Shown here: positions 10,421-14,196 of the stretch, one piece after another | Numbering within the stretch: the stretch's first letter is position 1 | Layout: the number at the start of each line of letters is the position of its first letter | NCBI GenBank assembly: GCA_034440375.1 | Contig: JAWXBZ010000107.1 | Span: forward strand, 1 to 14,196 | Length of the DNA stretch: 14,196 nt | From: Candidatus Eiseniibacteriota bacterium | GTDB lineage: Bacteria > Eisenbacteria > RBG-16-71-46 > JABDJR01 > JAWXBZ01 | Direction: 5' to 3' | Notes under the pieces: generated by a model | What the model saw: only the letters and a program-made list of their open reading frames with translations | Databases searched by the model: none | Told to the model about the DNA's origin: nothing | Made by a program: the position numbers and the translations under genes

Positions 10421-10426
10421 GTCTCA

Positions 10427-10693
10427 ATGCGAACCACATTAACTCTTGACGATGCCCTGGTCCGGGCCCTCAAGGATCTTGCGCACCGTTCGGCCAAATC
10501 CTTCAAGGAAGTCGTGAACGAGACGCTGCGAGCTGGACTGTCCCGGTCGGGTCGGAAAGGCGTCAAGAAATACACGTTACGACCGGCTCATCTGGGGGGC
10601 GTCGCGGCAGGGGTGACACTGGACAAAGCCCTGCAACTGGCCGACCACCTTGAGGACATCGAGGTCGCGCGAAAGCTGGAGCTTCGGAAGTGA
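10427..10693 (+). CDS. vapB: VapB-type antitoxin (ribbon-helix-helix N-terminus)
   Basis: 88 aa. MRTTLTLDDAL...SFKEVVNETLRAGL is typical of RHH VapB. The stop overlaps the PIN gene start (GTGA at 10690-10693). Confidence 0.85.
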   Translation: MRTTLTLDDALVRALKDLAHRSAKSFKEVVNETLRAGLSRSGRKGVKKYTLRPAHLGGVAAGVTLDKALQLADHLEDIEVARKLELRK

Positions 10694-11121
10694 TCCTGGT
10701 CGATGCGAATCTGTTGATCTATGCGGTCGATGCGGACTCACCTCATCATGGGGGGGCGCGACGATGGCTGGAGCAGACGCTCTCCGGCGACGAAGCGGTC
10801 GGGTTCGCCTGGATCGTGCTGCTCGCTTTTCTGCGTATCACTACGCGTCCCGGTATCTTGCGACACCAACTCCAGCCGGAGGACGCTGTCCAATACGTTG
10901 ATTCCTGGCTGCGGCAACCGTGCGCTGAAACCGTGGCCCCCGGCCCCGCACACTGGCCGATTCTTCGTCTCATCCTTTCGACAACAGGCACCGCGGGAAA
11001 CCTGAGTTCGGATGCCCACCTCGCGGCACTGGCCATCGAACATGGAGCCACCCTCTACTCCACCGACAATGACTTTCGGAGATTCCCCGGGATCAAGCAT
11101 GAGAATCCCCTGTCGCGATGA
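10690..11121 (+). CDS. vapC: VapC PIN-domain ribonuclease toxin (mycobacterial-type PIN family)
   Basis: 143 aa. ILVDANLLIYA, FLRITT, GNLSSDAHLAALAIEHGATLYSTDNDFRRFPG carry the conserved acidic PIN residues. Confidence 0.92.
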   Translation: MILVDANLLIYAVDADSPHHGGARRWLEQTLSGDEAVGFAWIVLLAFLRITTRPGILRHQLQPEDAVQYVDSWLRQPCAETVAPGPAHWPILRLILSTTGTAGNLSSDAHLAALAIEHGATLYSTDNDFRRFPGIKHENPLSR

Positions 11122-13796
11122 CCCTGATCCCCGGTACGCGCCTTGGCCCGTACGAGATCGTGTCGCCCCTCGGCGCCGGGGGCATGGGCGAGGTCTATCG
11201 CGCCAGGGACACGCGTCTCGGGCGCGATGTCGCCGTCAAGGTCCTGCCGCAACATCTGTCTCAAAACCCGGAAGTTCGCGCCCGCTTCGAGCGGGAGGCC
11301 AGGACCATCTCCTCGCTCAATCATCCCCACATCTGCACGCTTTTCGATGTTGGGCGCGAGGGTGACACCGACTACCTGGTGATGGAACTGGTCGACGGCG
11401 AGACGCTGGCGGAGCGGCTGGCGCGAGGTCACTTGCCGACAACCGAGGTGTTGCGGCTCGGCGCCCAGATAGCCGACGCGCTGGATCGTGCGCATCGCGC
11501 GGGAGTCATCCACCGCGATTTAAAACCGGGCAATGTCATGCTCACGAAGAGCGGTGCCAAGTTGATGGACTTCGGCCTGGCTCGCGCCACCGGGCTCGCG
11601 CCAGGGGGCGGATCGGGCGTCACGATGGCGGCACTGACGACCTCGCCGACCATGGCTCAGGCATTGACCGCGGAAGGAACGATCGTCGGCACGTTTCAGT
11701 ACATGTCGCCGGAGCAGCTGGAGGGGAAGGAGGCCGACGCGCGGGCCGACCTCTGGGCGCTGGGGTGCGTCCTCCATGAAATGGCCACGGGGAAGCGCGC
11801 GTTTGACGGGACGAGCCAGGCCAGCCTGATCGCGGCGATCATGCATGTGCAACCACTGCCGGTATCGCAGATATCGCCGATGATGCCCCCGGCGCTCGAC
11901 CGACTGGTGGGGGCCTGCCTGACCAAGGACCCGGCCGATCGCGTGCAGAGCGCGCACGATGTGAAACTTCAGCTGGCCTGGATGGCCGAGGGCGCGACAT
12001 CCATGTCCGGTGTCGCGACACCGGGGATTCCGGCGGTCCAGCGGCAGGGGCACTGGATTCTCCCGGTGCTGGCGGCCGCGGCGGCGGTTCTGGCCACCAT
12101 CCTCGTCATGTTGCTGCTTCCTGGTCGGGACTCGGCTCCTCCGGAACCTATGCAGCGCTACACGGTCGGCATGGCCGATCTCCAGGGACAGTCGACACCC
12201 ATGATTTCCCCCGACGGAAAATCGATCATCTACAGCGCGCGCGACGGGGGTTCCCGTGGAATCTTTCGGCGACGGCTTGCATCGTTCGAGGTGGCTCCCA
12301 TCGAGGGGACAGAGGATGGTACAGCCCCATTCTTCTCGCCGGACGGTGCCTGGTTGGGTTTCATCACGTCGACCGGTATCAGGAAGGTGCCGATCGACGG
12401 AGGTGTAGCCCAGACGATCTTGAACGAGCCGCGCATCGCCGCCGCCGACTGGGGCCAGGACGGGACCATCTACTACACGCCGCGCTCCGGTGGTACCGAC
12501 GGATTGACGGCCCTCTCCCGCGTCCCGGCCACCGGCGGCAAGCCGGAGGTGGTGGCGGCCATCGACACAACGAACGGCGAGATCGAGGCCTGGGGGCCGG
12601 ACATACTGCCGGATGGAAAGACGGTGCTCATCACACTCTCCAGGCGTACGAATCCGTCGTGGCAAATCGTGGCAGTTCGCGCGGACGGTTCGCGCCACCT
12701 GGTTATCGACAACGCCCTTATTTGCACCTATGTCCAATCGGGGCACCTGCTCTATTTCGACTCGGAATCGCAGGCCGTGCTGGCGGCGCCGTTCGACCCG
12801 GTCAAGGCGGTGGTCACCGGACCCGCGGTTCCACTGACCGAACGGGTTGATAACAACTACTGCTTTGACGTGTCGAACGACGGCAAGCTCCTCTACGTGC
12901 CGCTCCCCGGCGCCGGTGAGGGGGAGGAGATTGTCTGGCTGGATCGAAAGGGAGCCACGACGCCGGCCATGGAAACGCGCGGCCCCTGGATGCAGCCGCG
13001 CGTCTCGCCGGACGGCAAGCGAGTTCTCCTGCGGAAAGTCGGCGACAGTTGTGAACTCTGGATGCTCGATGTCGAGCGCAGCGTCCTCTCCCGGGCGGTT
13101 CAGGCCGGCGATAATCACGATGCCATCTGGTCCCCGGACGGCTCGCGCATCGCCTGTCAGCAGGTGGATGCCCCACCGAAAATGGTCAGCCTGACGGTCG
13201 AGGGGGCGCGCGAGATGAAGACCATTTTTCATGGGATCGATCCGGGCGCGCCTCAATCCTGGTCCGGCGGAGGAAATCGGCTGGTCTTTACCCGGAACGG
13301 TCGGGGAACTCGGAGCGACATCTGGTCGAAATCGATGGATGGTTCGTCCCCGCCCGTCGTGTTCCTGGCGACGGAGTTCAATGAATCCGATCCCGCGATT
13401 TCTCCCGATGGTGGCTGGATCGCCTATACTTCGAACGAGGCCGGATCCGCGGACGTGTTCATGCGGCGTTTTCCCGACACCGGGACGACCTGGCAGGTAT
13501 CCACCGGCGGGGGCGGCAGCCCGCTCTGGTCGCGCGACGGGCGTGAACTCTTTTTCGTGTCCGGGACCGCGATGATGGTCGTGGCGATCGAGACCGGGCC
13601 CACGCTCCAGGTCGGGAATCCCGTCCGGTTGTTCGACGGCGGATTCAGCGTGACCCGCGCGCGGGACTTCGACGTGGCGCCGGACGGTAGGTTCGTGGCG
13701 CTCCGGAGTTCCGGAGCGGGCGTCGGCCAAAGGGAGCTACGGATGCTGCTGAACTGGGAACAAGCGATGACGGCATCGCCCAGCTCCCGCCACTAA
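11118..13796 (+). CDS. Membrane Hanks-type Ser/Thr protein kinase with extracytoplasmic TolB-like (PD40) beta-propeller region, 892 aa
   Basis: Kinase motifs GAGGMGEV, VAVK, HRDLKPGN, DFG, GTFQYMSPE. TM segment WILPVLAAAAAVLATILVMLLLP. Multiple SPDG/SRDG blades (ISPDG, FSPDG, VSPDG, WSPDG, WSRDG). Confidence 0.93.
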   Translation: MTLIPGTRLGPYEIVSPLGAGGMGEVYRARDTRLGRDVAVKVLPQHLSQNPEVRARFEREARTISSLNHPHICTLFDVGREGDTDYLVMELVDGETLAERLARGHLPTTEVLRLGAQIADALDRAHRAGVIHRDLKPGNVMLTKSGAKLMDFGLARATGLAPGGGSGVTMAALTTSPTMAQALTAEGTIVGTFQYMSPEQLEGKEADARADLWALGCVLHEMATGKRAFDGTSQASLIAAIMHVQPLPVSQISPMMPPALDRLVGACLTKDPADRVQSAHDVKLQLAWMAEGATSMSGVATPGIPAVQRQGHWILPVLAAAAAVLATILVMLLLPGRDSAPPEPMQRYTVGMADLQGQSTPMISPDGKSIIYSARDGGSRGIFRRRLASFEVAPIEGTEDGTAPFFSPDGAWLGFITSTGIRKVPIDGGVAQTILNEPRIAAADWGQDGTIYYTPRSGGTDGLTALSRVPATGGKPEVVAAIDTTNGEIEAWGPDILPDGKTVLITLSRRTNPSWQIVAVRADGSRHLVIDNALICTYVQSGHLLYFDSESQAVLAAPFDPVKAVVTGPAVPLTERVDNNYCFDVSNDGKLLYVPLPGAGEGEEIVWLDRKGATTPAMETRGPWMQPRVSPDGKRVLLRKVGDSCELWMLDVERSVLSRAVQAGDNHDAIWSPDGSRIACQQVDAPPKMVSLTVEGAREMKTIFHGIDPGAPQSWSGGGNRLVFTRNGRGTRSDIWSKSMDGSSPPVVFLATEFNESDPAISPDGGWIAYTSNEAGSADVFMRRFPDTGTTWQVSTGGGGSPLWSRDGRELFFVSGTAMMVVAIETGPTLQVGNPVRLFDGGFSVTRARDFDVAPDGRFVALRSSGAGVGQRELRMLLNWEQAMTASPSSRH

Positions 13797-13833
13797 GTCC
13801 CCTTGCCCGGTTGGCGCACCCTCTCCAATGACA

Positions 13834-13866
13834 AATCCCCCCGGTGGAGCCTTTTCCGGGGGGATT
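13834..13866. terminator. Hairpin between convergent genes, probable (possibly bidirectional) intrinsic terminator
   Basis: Perfect 11-bp stem AATCCCCCCGG (13834-13844) / CCGGGGGGATT (13856-13866) with an 11-nt loop. T-tracts are weak on both sides. Confidence 0.6.
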
Positions 13867-13897
13867 CATCATGTCTGTGACAGGCTTGTCGGCGGCG

Positions 13898-14032
13898 CTA
13901 TTTCCCTTTTTTCTTGAGCGGCAGGTCCGAAGCCTGTTTCGCCCTGGCCTGATTGCCGGCCTGCTTCTGGTTCTTGGCTGCGGCGTCCTGCTTCTTCTTT
14001 CGATCATTGGACTTCGGCGACTTGTCCCCCAC
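13898..14032 (-). CDS. Small basic Lys/Gln/Ala-rich hypothetical protein, 44 aa (MGDKSPKSNDRKKKQDAAAKNQKQAGNQARAKQASDLPLKKKGK)
   Basis: Translated by hand. GTG at 14032-14030, AGGAGG SD (14044-14039) 6 nt upstream, TAG at 13900-13898, hairpin about 30 nt downstream. Shorter than any ORF in the supplied track. Confidence 0.75.
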   Translation of the reverse strand: MGDKSPKSNDRKKKQDAAAKNQKQAGNQARAKQASDLPLKKKGK

Positions 14033-14126
14033 GAACTACCTCCTGGGTCAGGGCGCCAACCGACACCTGCGGGATGAGTGCGGATTCGAATCCGGGGCAG
14101 GATGGTTGACGCCATTGGTTTCCGCA

Positions 14127-14156
14127 ATTTTGAAATATGCCGGTAGCCGGAGTCAA
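14127..14156 (-). promoter_or_regulatory. Putative sigma70 promoter for the small ORF (TTGACT-N18-CAAAAT)
   Basis: Minus-strand TTGACT (14156-14151) and CAAAAT (14132-14127) in an AT-enriched patch about 95 nt upstream of the GTG. Confidence 0.35.
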
Positions 14157-14196
14157 TAACCGGGGGACAGGTGAAGAGTCGGGACTGGCGTTGACC

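Noticed and set aside
13808-14062. 10-bp inverted repeat CGGTTGGCGC (13808-13817 / 14053-14062) flanking the small ORF, MITE-like
   Set aside because: It is short and GC-rich, and no target-site duplication or transposase is seen, so chance is plausible.
13844-14077. 77-aa hydrophobic plus-strand ORF resembling a membrane peptide or type I toxin
   Set aside because: Its Leu/Phe richness is the reverse complement of the Lys/Gln codons of the 44-aa minus ORF. It starts within the hairpin and lacks an SD.
14081-14094. Palindrome CGGATTCGAATCCG resembling a tRNA T-arm (TTCGAATCC)
   Set aside because: No cloverleaf or acceptor stem can be built around it. At most it is a leader hairpin of the small ORF.

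Overview
A high-GC bacterial window in two parts. The left part (1-7958) is an alpha-glucan (glycogen/starch) locus. It holds a 5'-truncated archaeal-type amylo-alpha-1,6-glucosidase (GH133-like), a secreted multidomain GH13 alpha-amylase (CBM48-like + Ig-like + GH13_36-like core; likely start GTG 1473) and a 1371-aa exported protein. That protein has a divergent GH57 catalytic domain, DOMON/CBM9-like modules, many DxDxDG motifs, a twin-arginine-like leader and a C-terminal FlgD-Ig/T9SS-type-A-like tail. The right part (8032-14196) has two paralogous Hanks-type Ser/Thr kinases (kinase-TolB_N-like-TPR; kinase-TM-PD40 propellers) flanking a vapBC toxin-antitoxin pair whose vapC stop overlaps the second kinase's start (ATGA). 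The first kinase and vapB appear to be leaderless. A 44-aa Lys-rich ORF that is missing from the ORF track lies on the minus strand (13898-14032), with a perfect SD and a downstream hairpin. The FlgD-Ig tail and these kinase architectures suggest an FCB-associated candidate lineage such as Ca. Eisenbacteria (inference only). All family calls come from motifs recognised by eye; no searches were run.
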